This document shows positions 1 to 10,351 of a DNA stretch of 43,395 nucleotides, piece by piece. Positions within the stretch are counted from its first letter, which is position 1; each line of letters begins with the position of its first letter. Position numbers and translations under genes: made by a program. The stretch comes from an uncultured Gammaproteobacteria bacterium (GTDB lineage: Bacteria > Patescibacteriota > Microgenomatia > UBA12405): positions 1 to 43,395 of the forward strand of contig CAZLCB010000003.1 in the NCBI GenBank assembly GCA_964558195.1. Reading direction: 5' to 3'. The notes beneath the pieces are model-generated. The model saw nothing but the letters and a program-made list of their open reading frames with translations. It did no database searches and was not told where the DNA came from.

Positions 1-2
1 CG

Positions 3-1031
3 GAAAAAGAAGATGGACAAATCATTAACTCTAATCCAATAATTAATATACCAACAGAAGAAGAAACTGATGATTTAACTGAAGATATTAGCAACGAAGA
101 AGAAGAGGAAGAAGAAAATGATTCTGAAGTGGTACTAACAGTAACCCCGACACCGGATACAAAAGTTTATGATCCAATTATACCGAGTAAATTTGATAGT
201 GATAAAAGTGATACCAGTGAAACATTGAAGGTTTGGACGACTAGTTATGATGGGTATCGGGTAGTGAGAATTTGGGCTAAGAATCCTTATATGCAATTTC
301 ACCAATATTCGGCCAAAATGTCTGGTAAATCTCACGATACAATTGCTAATTTATTTAATGCCGCTTTGAGTAAAAATAAGAATGGAATTAAGAACAAGAT
401 TGCGGTGGCAGTTAACTCTGATCCTTCGGTTTATTATGGAAGTTATTATTATTGCCGACATTCGAGTAATAAAAAATGTCCATTCAATAGTTACACTTCT
501 GGAGGGTTGATTATAAGAGAAGGGGATACCTATCGCAATGATGTAACAACTAATGGTAAGAGAAACCTGACTTATACAATTACTAAAGATAATAAAATGA
601 TTGTTCTGACAGATAAATATAATTTAAGCCCAGAGAAAAGAACAGCAGTTTATAAGCCGGCAATTGATGGTCAAGCAAGAAATACAGCCTCGGCTTTGAC
701 TATTTTGATGGATGATGGTCAAATTTTGAATAAAAAAAATAATCCCAAAAAGTATAGCCATCTTTATAAAGTTAATAGTGGCGGAACTTCGAGGAATGCC
801 TTATGTCAGGTAAATAATAATAATTTTATTTATATAATTGCTAGTGGTAAAGGTGAAGATTTTTTGGCTAAAAAGATGAAATCTTTGGGTTGTAATGTGG
901 CAGTTCATAATGATGGTGGTGGATCAACTAATTTTTGGTTTAAAAAAGACACTAGTGGTTCTTGGAAACATATTAAAGGTACCGGTTCGAGAGGGAGGAT
1001 GGATACAATTGTCTATTGGACAGAATTGTAA
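3..1031 (+). CDS. Phosphodiester glycosidase (NAGPA/DUF2233-like) surface protein, 5'-truncated by window edge
   Basis: Frame is open from base 3 through an acidic linker (EEEEEEND). C-terminal region has SRNALCQ and AVHNDGGGST, matching the family's R-T/N-A and N-L-D-G-G-G-S motifs. Confidence 0.6.
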   Translation, partial: EKEDGQIINSNPIINIPTEEETDDLTEDISNEEEEEEENDSEVVLTVTPTPDTKVYDPIIPSKFDSDKSDTSETLKVWTTSYDGYRVVRIWAKNPYMQFHQYSAKMSGKSHDTIANLFNAALSKNKNGIKNKIAVAVNSDPSVYYGSYYYCRHSSNKKCPFNSYTSGGLIIREGDTYRNDVTTNGKRNLTYTITKDNKMIVLTDKYNLSPEKRTAVYKPAIDGQARNTASALTILMDDGQILNKKNNPKKYSHLYKVNSGGTSRNALCQVNNNNFIYIIASGKGEDFLAKKMKSLGCNVAVHNDGGGSTNFWFKKDTSGSWKHIKGTGSRGRMDTIVYWTEL

Positions 1032-1046
1032 TGTTAAAATTGGTTT

Positions 1047-1550
1047 ATGGGTGATAATCAGATAATTAAGGGGATAGCAAAAGGTTTGGGACAATTGGGT
1101 ATAGAAACTTTGGAAAAAGTAAAAGAAGAAACAGGGAAAATAGCTGAAAGTATAATTACGGGAAAAGAATTATTGGGGTTGGAGAGAACTATGAGTGACA
1201 GTGAATTAGCTTTTAAAAAACAAGAAGAAGAAAAAAAGAGTCAGGAGGAAGCAGAGAAACTTAGAAAAGAAATGGGGCCGGGAAGAAAAGTAGAAGAAGA
1301 AATAACTCAATTAAGAAAACAAGAAGAACGAGAGGAAGAAGAAAAAGAAAAGTATTATCAACAAGCGAAACAACAAAAAGAGTTACAAGAACAACAGCAA
1401 CAGGCAGAATATAACGGTTTAGTGATGGAGTCGTCAAATCTGGCAAAACAGAAAAAGTCTCGAGGAAGTGCTTTTGTTCACAAAAAGAAACAACAGCCGG
1501 ATCAATCTCAAATGTCGCAAACACAAGAATTTAAAGGAAAGATTGATTAG
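1047..1550 (+). CDS. Hypothetical charged coiled-coil protein
   Basis: 167-aa E/K/Q-rich ORF with TGnTAAAAT 6 nt before the ATG. Confidence 0.7.
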   Translation: MGDNQIIKGIAKGLGQLGIETLEKVKEETGKIAESIITGKELLGLERTMSDSELAFKKQEEEKKSQEEAEKLRKEMGPGRKVEEEITQLRKQEEREEEEKEKYYQQAKQQKELQEQQQQAEYNGLVMESSNLAKQKKSRGSAFVHKKKQQPDQSQMSQTQEFKGKID

Positions 1551-1572
1551 TTATAATATAGTTAACTAATTT

Positions 1573-2955
1573 ATGAAAATTTATAATACAGCCACTAGAC
1601 AAAAAGAGGAATTAAAGACAATTAAACCAGACAAGGTGGGGATTTATAGTTGTGGACCGACAGTATATTGGAATCAGCATATTGGAAATATGTATGCTTT
1701 TTTAAGTTGGGATATTTTGGTAAGAACTTTAAGATACGCTGGTTATAGTGTAACTTGGATGATGAATATTACAGATGTTGGACACATGACTTCGGATGAA
1801 GATGCAGGTGAAGATAAAATGGAAAAAGGAGCTTTAAGAGAGGGGATAAGTCCTTGGGAAATTGCGAAGAAGTATGAAGGCCAATTTTTGGAAAGTTTGG
1901 ATTTGTTAAATATAAAAAGACCTGATGTGCTTTGGAGAGCGACTGATCATATTGAAGAACAAATTGCTTTAGCTAAAAAGATAGATGAAAATGGTTTTGC
2001 TTATAAAACTAAAACAGGTTTAGTATTTGATACATCGAAATTTTCTGATTACGCAAAATTTGCTAATCTAAAATTAGATGAAATGGATTCGGGCGCTAGG
2101 GTAGAAGTTGATGAGGAAAAAAAGAATCCTTGGGATTTTTTGTTGTGGGTGACTAATCAACCGAGTCATATTATGAAATGGAATAGTCCGTGGGGAGAAG
2201 GTTTCCCAGGGTGGCATCTTGAATGTACAGCAATGTCAACGGCAAGGTTAGGAGAAACTTTTGATATCCACACTGGGGGGATTGAACATATTGGAGTACA
2301 CCATACAAATGAAATTGCTCAAGGGTATGGGGCTTTTGGACATAATACGGCTAATTATTGGATGCACAATGCTTGGTTGACCCTTAAGGAGGGTAAAATG
2401 AGTAAGTCGTTGGGAAATGTTTACACAGTTCAGGATTTAATAAAAATGGGGTTTGATCCAATAGTGTTCAGATATTTGGTTCTGACATCACATTACAGAA
2501 AGGGTTTGACTTTTTCACTTGATTCAATGAAAGCGGCTCAAGTAGCTTTAGATAAACTAAAAAACTATGTTTTGAATTTTCATAAAAGTGGTGGGGTGGT
2601 AACAGAGATTGATGAAGAGTATAAAAAACAATTTATAGAAAAAGTTTCTGATGATTTATCTATGCCTGAGGCAATGGCGGTAGTTTGGAAATTGATGAGA
2701 TCTGATTTGGATATGTCGACTAAAATCGGAACACTGCTCAATTTTGATGAGGTTTTAGGATTAAATTTATTTAGTTTTATGAGTTTTATTGATGAAGAAA
2801 TACCACAGGAAGTTTTGGATTTAGTGGAAGAGAGGAAAAAGGCGAGGGAAGGGAAAAATTGGGCGGAATCAGACAGATTAAGGGAAATTATCAAGGAAAA
2901 AGGATATCTGGTTGAAGATTTACCAAATTCTTGTAAAATACAAAGAATCAAATAA
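1573..2955 (+). CDS. cysS: Cysteine--tRNA ligase
   Basis: CGPTVY, HIGN, GFPGWHLEC, DIHTGG, HHTNE and KMSKS motifs. Confidence 0.97.
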   Translation: MKIYNTATRQKEELKTIKPDKVGIYSCGPTVYWNQHIGNMYAFLSWDILVRTLRYAGYSVTWMMNITDVGHMTSDEDAGEDKMEKGALREGISPWEIAKKYEGQFLESLDLLNIKRPDVLWRATDHIEEQIALAKKIDENGFAYKTKTGLVFDTSKFSDYAKFANLKLDEMDSGARVEVDEEKKNPWDFLLWVTNQPSHIMKWNSPWGEGFPGWHLECTAMSTARLGETFDIHTGGIEHIGVHHTNEIAQGYGAFGHNTANYWMHNAWLTLKEGKMSKSLGNVYTVQDLIKMGFDPIVFRYLVLTSHYRKGLTFSLDSMKAAQVALDKLKNYVLNFHKSGGVVTEIDEEYKKQFIEKVSDDLSMPEAMAVVWKLMRSDLDMSTKIGTLLNFDEVLGLNLFSFMSFIDEEIPQEVLDLVEERKKAREGKNWAESDRLREIIKEKGYLVEDLPNSCKIQRIK

Positions 2956-3001
2956 TTTTTTGGTTGTAAAAAAAAGTATTTCATGTTAACCTAACAAGCT
3001 A

Positions 3002-3292
3002 ATGAAAGGAAATAAATATCAATACCAACTAGTGGTAGTTTTAAACCCAAAGACTGAGGAAAAAGACAAAGTCTTGGCTAAAGTTACTGACTGGTTAGAA
3101 AAAAACAAAATCGAGTCAACTTCTGACCATATGGGTCTTAAGGAATTGGCTTACGAAATTAATAAGAACGCTAAAGGTGATTTTTGGGCGTACAGCTTAA
3201 CTTCAGAATCCCCAATAAAACTTAAAGAGTTCAATTTATTATTAAATCGGGAATCTAATATTATTAGATATTTAATCTTGAAAAAGGAGTAA
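3002..3292 (+). CDS. rpsF: 30S ribosomal protein S6
   Basis: GLKELAYEI and IIRYLILK motifs; first gene of the rpsF-ssb-rpsR cluster. Confidence 0.92.
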   Translation: MKGNKYQYQLVVVLNPKTEEKDKVLAKVTDWLEKNKIESTSDHMGLKELAYEINKNAKGDFWAYSLTSESPIKLKEFNLLLNRESNIIRYLILKKE

Positions 3293-3296
3293 TCAT

Positions 3297-3788
3297 ATGC
3301 CTAGCAGATGTCTGAATAGGGTAACTTTAATTGGTAATTTAACTCGTGACCCAGAGTTAAGATATACCCCAGGTGGTATGGCAGTAGCGTCTTTTGGAAT
3401 TGCTACTAACAGAGTTTGGGTAACCAAACAGGGTGAAAGAAAAGAAGATGCACAATTTCATAGAATTGTAGCCTGGAATAAATTGGCTGAACTTTGTTCT
3501 CAGCTTTTATCAAAAGGTCGAAGAGTTTATGTTGAAGGTCGAATTCAATATAGAGATTTCACCGATCAAGAAAATAATAAGAAACAGATTTCAGAAATTA
3601 TTATTGATGACATGATCATTTTAGATAACAAAGGTAACGCTGATCATGGCGAATCGGTTGATTTGTCTGGTGCGGCTCCTATGGAAGCTGAAGTTAGCCA
3701 GGCTGAAGGTAGCATTGAGGATATCGTCATTCCTGATGATATAGGTGCTCCGGAAGAATCAAAGAAAGATGAGGAAATGCCTTTTTAA
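3297..3788 (+). CDS. ssb: Single-stranded DNA-binding protein
   Basis: LNRVTLIGNLTRDPELRYT N-terminus and acidic tail ending DEEMPF. Confidence 0.97.
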   Translation: MPSRCLNRVTLIGNLTRDPELRYTPGGMAVASFGIATNRVWVTKQGERKEDAQFHRIVAWNKLAELCSQLLSKGRRVYVEGRIQYRDFTDQENNKKQISEIIIDDMIILDNKGNADHGESVDLSGAAPMEAEVSQAEGSIEDIVIPDDIGAPEESKKDEEMPF

Positions 3789-3794
3789 TAAATT

Positions 3795-4046
3795 ATGATA
3801 AAGAAAAGTAAAAAAGATAGTTTGTTGATTGCAAAAAGAAAGGGCCGGGAAAAAGGGTGTTCTTTTTGTAAAAGTAAAACTCTTCCTCGTTGGGAAGACT
3901 ATGAAAAATATAGTGAGTTTTTATCACCACGAGGTAGAATTTTAGCTTCTCAATATACTGGTGTTTGTGCTAAACATCAAAGAAAATTGATTAAAGCAAT
4001 TAAACAAGCAAGACATTTGGCTTTGTTGCCATTTGTAACCCAATAA
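3795..4046 (+). CDS. rpsR: 30S ribosomal protein S18 (Zn-binding type)
   Basis: CSFC, TGVCAKHQR and AIKQARHLALLPF motifs. Confidence 0.96.
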   Translation: MIKKSKKDSLLIAKRKGREKGCSFCKSKTLPRWEDYEKYSEFLSPRGRILASQYTGVCAKHQRKLIKAIKQARHLALLPFVTQ

Positions 4047-4068
4047 TCCTTCGACTTTGCTCAGGATT
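4045..4068. repeat. REP-like element (CCTTCGAC..GCTCAGG type)
   Basis: AATCCTTCGACTTTGCTCAGGATT with inverted ends AATCCT/AGGATT, directly after the rpsR stop. Family assignment is from memory of REP motifs. Confidence 0.45.
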
Positions 4069-4070
4069 TG

Positions 4071-4105
4071 AACTCCTCTGTTACGTTGGTAATAGAGGAG
4101 TTTTT
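4071..4105 (+). terminator. Rho-independent terminator after rpsF-ssb-rpsR
   Basis: Stem AACTCCTCTGTTAC/GTAATAGAGGAGTT, GTTG loop, followed by a T run. Confidence 0.75.
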
Positions 4106-4121
4106 GGTTATAATTAGATTT

Positions 4122-4859
4122 ATGAGAAAGAAGATAAAAGCTAAGTGGATAATTAAAATTTCCGGAGAGGTGAAATTTTTGGTTAAAACAGGAGAGAAGG
4201 TTCTCCGGGGTCAGGTGATAGCTAAGATTAAACCAAAAATGGTTGAATCTTTTAATTTTTCTGAGTTTTTGGGAAAAATGTCTCAAGAAAACTTAGACAA
4301 GTTAAATGAAAAATTTAAAAATACTTGGGTAAATAATGGTGATTTGGTTTGTTTAACTGGTGGAGTTTTTCCAAAAAAAATTTGTTTTCCAATGAGCGGA
4401 AATTTTTTGGGAATTGATGAATTTGGTAATTTAAAAATTGAAAAGGTTCAGGATAATGAAAAAGATATTTTATCTCCAGTAGAGAGTAAGGTTTTAAAAA
4501 TAGAGGAAGATAAAATTGTTCTGGAATTTGAGGCAAAAGAATTTAAGGGGAATGGTGTGGTTGAGGGTAAAACTTGGAGTAGAGGATTAATCAAAGAAAT
4601 TAATGATCTTAAAGATTTGTCTTCGAATATTGATGGCGGAGTATTATTTACCAATAATCTTTCCAGAGCCTTCTTGTTAAAGGCGGAGGTGGTTGGAGCT
4701 GCGGCAGTGGTAACCAAGAGCGAAGTAGAGATAGTTGAAGTTAATTTGCCTGTTTTAAAAATTGTTTCCAGTGATTGGGATGAATTACTGGGTATATCGG
4801 GAGAGAAAAGTATATTGATAAATTCTAGGATGGGTCGGTTGTTAATGGTGTTAGAATAA
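4122..4859 (+). CDS. Hypothetical protein, possible barrel-sandwich/lipoyl-like repeats
   Basis: Start moved from the ORF-track 4068, which lies inside the REP/terminator, to ATG 4122 with TATAAT 7 nt upstream. LVKTGEKVLRGQVIA and ILSPVESKV resemble hybrid-motif strands. Confidence 0.6.
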   Translation: MRKKIKAKWIIKISGEVKFLVKTGEKVLRGQVIAKIKPKMVESFNFSEFLGKMSQENLDKLNEKFKNTWVNNGDLVCLTGGVFPKKICFPMSGNFLGIDEFGNLKIEKVQDNEKDILSPVESKVLKIEEDKIVLEFEAKEFKGNGVVEGKTWSRGLIKEINDLKDLSSNIDGGVLFTNNLSRAFLLKAEVVGAAAVVTKSEVEIVEVNLPVLKIVSSDWDELLGISGEKSILINSRMGRLLMVLE

Positions 4860-4862
4860 ATA

Positions 4863-6059
4863 ATGCGTTTGAAAAATATAAGAAATTTGGCTCTGGGTTT
4901 AGCTTTGATAGTAGTAGTAGGGGTGGTGAGTTATAAATTGGGACAAAAAAATCAGACTTTACCTGAGGGAAATCAATTTGATTTATCTTTGATGTGGAAG
5001 GTGAGAAATGCCTTGATGGAAGATTATCTGGATAGAGACAAGGTAAAAAATGATAAGGAATTGATGTATGGATCAATTGAGGGAATGGTAGAAGCCTTGG
5101 ATGATCCTTATACAATGTTTTTGCCACCGGAAGAAAATAAAAGTGCTAATGAAGATTTGGCTGGATCATTTGCCGGGGTGGGAATTCAACTTGGTTATAA
5201 AGAAAAAACTTTGGCAGCAATGTCAATTATCCCTAAAAGTCCGGCGGAAGCAGCTGGAATTAAGGCGGGTGACTTAATTTTGAAGATTGTGGATAAAGTA
5301 AATAAAGTTGATAAAGATACGACAGGAATTAGTTTAGATGGAGCGGTCAAGTTGATTAGAGGAGAAAAAGGAACTGAAGTAACTTTAACTTTGTACCGTG
5401 AAGGTAAGACGGGCACTTTTGAGATGACATTAAAACGTGATGATATAAATGTTCCCGGATTAGAGATGGAGTGGAAAGAAATTAACGGAAAAAAAGTGGC
5501 CTGGATAAAATTTTATAAATTTAGTGAGCAAATTTTTAGTGAATGGCCGGAAATTGTGAATAACATAAAAAATGGAAAAGGGAATAATTATGGTGGAATT
5601 ATTTTGGATTTGAGAAATAACCCGGGTGGTTATTTGCAAGCAAGTGTGTTGGCGGCGTCAGATTTTTTGAAAGAGGGTGTGGTAGTAAAACAGGAATCAT
5701 CGAATGGTATAACGGAGACATATAGGGTAGATCAGACTAGGGGTAACTTGGTTAATGATAAGTTGGTGGTATTAATTAATGGCGGTAGTGCTTCAGCATC
5801 GGAGATTTTAGCCGGGGCATTAAAAGATCATAGTCGGGCGAAATTAGTAGGAGAAAAATCTTTTGGTAAGGGAACAGTTCAGGAAACTAAGGAATTTAAG
5901 GATGGAAGTGGTATTCATATTACGATTGCGAAATGGTTGTTGCCGAGTGGGAAAAATATTCATAAAGAAGGTATAAATCCGGATGTGGAAGTAAAATCTG
6001 GTGATGATCCAAAAGTTGATGTTCAACTTGATAAAGCGATTGAGGTTTTATTACAATAG
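4863..6059 (+). CDS. ctpA: Carboxy-terminal processing protease, S41 family
   Basis: N-terminal TM segment, LDDPYT, PDZ domain, DLRNNPGG, SASASEI and FGKGTVQ. Confidence 0.93.
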   Translation: MRLKNIRNLALGLALIVVVGVVSYKLGQKNQTLPEGNQFDLSLMWKVRNALMEDYLDRDKVKNDKELMYGSIEGMVEALDDPYTMFLPPEENKSANEDLAGSFAGVGIQLGYKEKTLAAMSIIPKSPAEAAGIKAGDLILKIVDKVNKVDKDTTGISLDGAVKLIRGEKGTEVTLTLYREGKTGTFEMTLKRDDINVPGLEMEWKEINGKKVAWIKFYKFSEQIFSEWPEIVNNIKNGKGNNYGGIILDLRNNPGGYLQASVLAASDFLKEGVVVKQESSNGITETYRVDQTRGNLVNDKLVVLINGGSASASEILAGALKDHSRAKLVGEKSFGKGTVQETKEFKDGSGIHITIAKWLLPSGKNIHKEGINPDVEVKSGDDPKVDVQLDKAIEVLLQ

Positions 6060-6121
6060 ATTTAAGCTGTTTTTAAGTTTTTGAAATTTTAATTTATTAA
6101 AGTTAGTGGTTTAATTATTTT

Positions 6122-7249
6122 ATGAAAAGTAGAAAGATTAAATCTTTACTGATTTTTTTGATAGTTTTAATTTTGTTAGGAAGTGGAGGTGTTGGAGGGT
6201 TTTTAGTAGCTAAAAATTTTTTAAGTAAAGGTGTTTTGATTCAAAATAAAGTACAAGTTACAGATGAAGAATCGTTAACAACTAAAGTAGTGGAGAAAGC
6301 AACGCCAAGTGTGGTAACTGTGTCGATCAATAAGGATGTGGTAAAGAGTACAGCGGATATATTTGCTCAACTTTTTGGTGGTGGTCAGGCAAATTTAGAA
6401 ACAGAACATGTAGAGCAGGATATTGGAACCGGGTTTATTATCAGTAGTGATGGTTTGATTGTAACTAATAAACATGTAGTGTCTGACACATCGGCAAAAT
6501 ATAAAGTGGTGATTGGAAAAGATGAAACAGTAGAAGTAAAAAATATCTATCGGGATCCAATAAACGATTTAGCGATTTTGAAAGTGGATAAAACCGGTTT
6601 GACTCCAGTGGAAATGGGAGATTCGGATAAACTTAAAGTCGGTCAAACAGTAATTGCTATCGGAACAGCATTAGGTGAATTTAGATCAACAGTAACTAAA
6701 GGGGTGGTTTCTGGTTTAGGTAGGGGAATAACTGCTGGTAGCTATGGTGCCGGTATGGAAAAATTGGAAGATGTAATTCAAACAGATGCAGCTATAAACC
6801 CAGGTAATTCTGGTGGACCATTATTTGATTCGGCTGGTTTAGTTATTGGAGTAAATGTAGCGGTATCGCAAAACGGTCAGAGTATTGGTTTTGCTTTACC
6901 GATAAATTTAGTTAAGTCGTCAGTTGATAATTTCCGGAAAACAGGTGAATTTGATAGACCTTATTTGGGGGTGGCTTATCAAATGATTTCTAAACAAGCA
7001 GCTTTGTTGAACGAAGTACCAGCTGGAGCTTATGTTCAAACAGTGATAAAAGATAGTCCGGCAGAAAAAGCGGGTATAAAGATAGGAGATATTATTACTG
7101 AAATTGACGGTAAAAAAATGACTGATGTCAAAGATACATCGATTGCTGGAATTATTAATCAGAAAAAGATAGGGGATAATGTAGAAGTAAAATACTATCG
7201 TGATGATAGAGAAACGGAAGTGGAGGTAAAATTGGAAAAGAAAAATTAA
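6122..7249 (+). CDS. htrA: HtrA/DegP-family serine protease with PDZ domain
   Basis: TNKHVV, DLAILK and [15 protein letters not shown] catalytic triad motifs plus a C-terminal PDZ. Confidence 0.93.
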   Translation: MKSRKIKSLLIFLIVLILLGSGGVGGFLVAKNFLSKGVLIQNKVQVTDEESLTTKVVEKATPSVVTVSINKDVVKSTADIFAQLFGGGQANLETEHVEQDIGTGFIISSDGLIVTNKHVVSDTSAKYKVVIGKDETVEVKNIYRDPINDLAILKVDKTGLTPVEMGDSDKLKVGQTVIAIGTALGEFRSTVTKGVVSGLGRGITAGSYGAGMEKLEDVIQTDAAINPGNSGGPLFDSAGLVIGVNVAVSQNGQSIGFALPINLVKSSVDNFRKTGEFDRPYLGVAYQMISKQAALLNEVPAGAYVQTVIKDSPAEKAGIKIGDIITEIDGKKMTDVKDTSIAGIINQKKIGDNVEVKYYRDDRETEVEVKLEKKN

Positions 7250-7974
7250 TTTTTCTTTTCGTCTGTTGGTTCATCAAGGATGGTGAGTTCAAGGAGAATA
7301 TCGTCTAAATATCCAACCATAACTTCGTCGAGATTATTGAAGGATTTTTCGATACGGTGATCTTTGATTTGGTTACGAGGATAATTGTAGGTGCGGATTT
7401 TGTCGGCGCGGGTTGATTGACTAATATTAGAACGACCACCGGCAACTTGAGCGGCTCGTTTTTCTTCCTCCATTTGCCACAATTTATTTTGTAAAAGTTT
7501 AAGGGCAATTTCTCGGTTTTGTTGTTGATAGCGCTCAGTACGAACATCAAACATTAAACCAGTTGGTTTGTGAACTAAGTGAATAGCAGTAGAAACTTTG
7601 TTAACGTTTTGGCCACCATTGCCTCCAGCGCGGGAAGCAGTAATAACGACATCGTCCATACTAAAATTAACCTCTTTAGACTCGATTTGAGGCATAATAG
7701 CAATAGAAGCGGTTGATGTTTGAATACGACCGCGTTTTTCGGTTATAGGGATGCGCTGAACTCGGTGAGTACCGGCTTCGTGTTTGAGTTGATTGTAGGC
7801 ATCAAAACCAGATATTTGAATAATATGTTCATCGATTTGACTAACTTTCCAACCAACTTTGTTGGCGAAACGGACATACATATTCATTAGGTCATTGGCC
7901 CAAATGGTGGCTTCTTGGCCACCCGGACCCGGGTAAAATTCCATAATGGCAATATTAGGATTTATTGTTGGCAT
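7246..7974 (-). CDS. prfA: Peptide chain release factor 1 lacking N-terminal domain 1
   Basis: GPGGQEA helix tip, [23 protein letters not shown] (PxT = RF1 type), [11 protein letters not shown] and KIRTYNYP. Follows rpmE as prfA usually does, but is only 242 aa. Confidence 0.82.
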   Translation of the reverse strand: MPTINPNIAIMEFYPGPGGQEATIWANDLMNMYVRFANKVGWKVSQIDEHIIQISGFDAYNQLKHEAGTHRVQRIPITEKRGRIQTSTASIAIMPQIESKEVNFSMDDVVITASRAGGNGGQNVNKVSTAIHLVHKPTGLMFDVRTERYQQQNREIALKLLQNKLWQMEEEKRAAQVAGGRSNISQSTRADKIRTYNYPRNQIKDHRIEKSFNNLDEVMVGYLDDILLELTILDEPTDEKKN

Positions 7975-7981
7975 AATTTAG

Positions 7982-8013
7982 TTTATCAGCTTGTCAGTTT
8001 TTCAGTTATTCAG
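7982..8013 (+). repeat. Four-unit octamer array NNNNTCAG
   Basis: TTTATCAG CTTGTCAG TTTTTCAG TTATTCAG; TCAG at 7986, 7994, 8002, 8010. Confidence 0.7.
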
Positions 8014-8031
8014 ACAATAATTAAAATAAAC

Positions 8032-8070
8032 AAAAAGCCGGCGAAATACAAAGTAATATTCGTCGGCTTT
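8032..8070 (-). terminator. Rho-independent terminator after rpmE
   Basis: Minus strand AAAGCCGACGAA...TTCGCCGGCTTTTT. Confidence 0.7.
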
Positions 8071-8077
8071 AAAGTAG

Positions 8078-8332
8078 CTAGTTAGATTTTTTGGTGGCTT
8101 TTTTAGCAGTTTTAGCTTCTTTAGTAGCTTTACCTTTAGCCATTTTTTCGTTGAATTTATCAATTCTTCCCTTAATGTCAACGAATTTTTGTTGACCAGT
8201 AAAGAATGGATGACATTTTGAACAAACGTCAACGTCAATTTTGGCAACAGTAGAACCGGTAATAAATTTGTTGCCACAGGCACAAGTGACTTGGCAATCT
8301 GAAAAATATTGTGGATGAATTCCTTGTTTCAT
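8078..8332 (-). CDS. rpmE: 50S ribosomal protein L31 (Zn type)
   Basis: [21 protein letters not shown] and GRIDKF. Confidence 0.97.
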   Translation of the reverse strand: MKQGIHPQYFSDCQVTCACGNKFITGSTVAKIDVDVCSKCHPFFTGQQKFVDIKGRIDKFNEKMAKGKATKEAKTAKKATKKSN

Positions 8333-8355
8333 AGGGTCTATTTTAACACAGATTG

Positions 8356-9606
8356 TTAATCTTTTAAAATTTTAATTAAATCATCATTAGAAACTGTTGT
8401 TTGTTCTGAATTATTTAATTTTTTTAGAGTAATTTGATTGTTTTTAGCTTCGTCTGTGCCAATGATAGCTAGATAGGGAATACCTAAATTTAGGGCATAT
8501 TTAATTTGTTTACCGAGTTTATCGTTATTTGGATAAATAATTGAAGAAATATTATTATCTCGAAGGTTAGAAGTTAGTTTAATAATATTGGTTTGAGTTT
8601 CTGATCCAAAATTAGCAACTAAAACTTTGATTTTTTCGGTTTGATTGTCGGGTAAAAGTTGAAGTTCTTTAATAGCATCAACAACTCTTTCAAATCCAAA
8701 AGAAAATCCAACAGCGGAAATTTGAGGACCACCAAGGGTGGCAACTAAATTATCGTAACGACCACCACCACCAATTGAACCGTTAGCTTCGGGAACTTGA
8801 ACTTCAAAAATAGTGCCGGTGTAATAATCACAGCCGCGGACTAAGGTGGGATCAAAAACATAAGAGTTTTGAGGTAGGCCAAAGTCATTTAAAAGATCTA
8901 AAACTTGTTGAAGAGTTTCATCAGGTTGAGCTTGTTTGATATATTTGAAAATCTGATCGATTTGACTATCATTAAGACCTTTTGAGATGAGCTCATCTTT
9001 TACTCCATTATCACCAATTTTGTCTAGTTTATCGAGAGATTGAAGTACAGAACTTTGACGTTCTGTAACACCACTTTGGTATAGAATAGATGATAAAACA
9101 GAGCGACTATTAATTTTAATAGTGGCGTTTTTGAAACCTAATTTTTTGACTCCCTGATAAATAATGGAAATTATTTCAGCATCAGCAATGGGGGAGGTGG
9201 TACCAAAAATATCTATATCACACTGGATAAATTCTCGATAGCGACCTTTTTGAGTATTTTCGGCACGCCAGACTGGTTGAATTTGATAACGACGAAAAGG
9301 TAATGGTAATTGATTATTGTAAATGGCTAAAACTTTGGAAGTAGGGACTGTGAGGTCGTAACGTAATCCGACTTCACGTTCACCGTTGTCTTTAAAGAAA
9401 TAACCAAGTTTGTCGTCGGTTTCGCTACCATATTTACCTTTTAAAACTGAAGAATATTCCAGGGCGGGAGTTTCTAATGGTTGGAAACCTGAAATTTCAA
9501 AAAGTTGGGTCAAAGTATTTTTGAGGTAATTTCTGACATACATGTCAGATGGCAAGAAATCCCGGAAACCTTTGAGAGTTTGAGTTTTAATATTTGGTTG
9601 ATTCAT
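8356..9606 (-). CDS. hisS: Histidine--tRNA ligase
   Basis: [38 protein letters not shown] and GGGRYDNL. Confidence 0.97.
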   Translation of the reverse strand: MNQPNIKTQTLKGFRDFLPSDMYVRNYLKNTLTQLFEISGFQPLETPALEYSSVLKGKYGSETDDKLGYFFKDNGEREVGLRYDLTVPTSKVLAIYNNQLPLPFRRYQIQPVWRAENTQKGRYREFIQCDIDIFGTTSPIADAEIISIIYQGVKKLGFKNATIKINSRSVLSSILYQSGVTERQSSVLQSLDKLDKIGDNGVKDELISKGLNDSQIDQIFKYIKQAQPDETLQQVLDLLNDFGLPQNSYVFDPTLVRGCDYYTGTIFEVQVPEANGSIGGGGRYDNLVATLGGPQISAVGFSFGFERVVDAIKELQLLPDNQTEKIKVLVANFGSETQTNIIKLTSNLRDNNISSIIYPNNDKLGKQIKYALNLGIPYLAIIGTDEAKNNQITLKKLNNSEQTTVSNDDLIKILKD

Positions 9607-9639
9607 AGTTGAATTTTAACATTTTGGTAGAATATTCTC

Positions 9640-10344
9640 ATGGAGATAATAAAAATCGAAAAAAATAATTGGCTTTTGGAAGTAGATTTACAAGGCGGAA
9701 GGATTGTTAATTTAATTAAAGATAATCAGAAAATTTTGGGAACATTTGAAAGAATTGATGGCAAAAAAGGAAATACTCATATTTGTACTCCAAATTTTGC
9801 TAACGAGGGAGTAGAGAAATTTGGATTTATTTTTCATGGTCCATTTAGAAATGTCGTTTGGAATTTGGTTTCACAAAATAATGATGGTTTAGAAATTGAG
9901 TGTGAAATTGAGAGTTTACTAGTAAAACAAAAATTTTTAATTAATGAAGAATTCGAGCAATTAATTGAAATTAAAAATAATTCGGAAGAAAGAAAAAGGG
10001 TTAACGTGGCAATGCACAATTATTGGGACACAGAATTTGGATGGCAGGGGACTAAGTTAAATGGAGAGGATATTACCCAAGGGTTTAAAACTAATCCAGA
10101 AGTAAAGTTAGAAAAAGAAAATATTTTGGAATTTCCGGGTAAATTACTAATAGTTTGGAAAGTGGAGAATTTTAAACTGACGAAACTTTGGACAGGGTTT
10201 AAAGAGGAAAATGGAGAAAAAATTTATGATCAAAAATATGTTTGTTTGGAGCCGGAAATGGAATTTGAAGGGTTTGTAGAAACTGAGGAAAGTTGGTTGG
10301 AACCAGGTAAGAGTGTAAATCTCAAACAGGTTTTGAATATTTAA
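9640..10344 (+). CDS. Galactose mutarotase-like (aldose 1-epimerase family) protein
   Basis: FHGPFRN, AMHNYW and YVCLEPE match the HG / H-x-Y / C-x-EP motifs of the family. Confidence 0.75.
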   Translation: MEIIKIEKNNWLLEVDLQGGRIVNLIKDNQKILGTFERIDGKKGNTHICTPNFANEGVEKFGFIFHGPFRNVVWNLVSQNNDGLEIECEIESLLVKQKFLINEEFEQLIEIKNNSEERKRVNVAMHNYWDTEFGWQGTKLNGEDITQGFKTNPEVKLEKENILEFPGKLLIVWKVENFKLTKLWTGFKEENGEKIYDQKYVCLEPEMEFEGFVETEESWLEPGKSVNLKQVLNI

Positions 10345-10351
10345 TGAAAGA

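Noticed and set aside
5288-5296. Perfect DnaA box TGTGGATAA in ctpA
   Set aside because: Isolated and inside coding sequence. It shows that single boxes arise by chance here.
7975-8283. Programmed frameshift supplying the RF N-terminus (prfB-style) via ORF 8002..8283
   Set aside because: The factor has PxT rather than SPF, there is no CTTTGA slip site, and that ORF is a shifted reading of rpmE running through a terminator.
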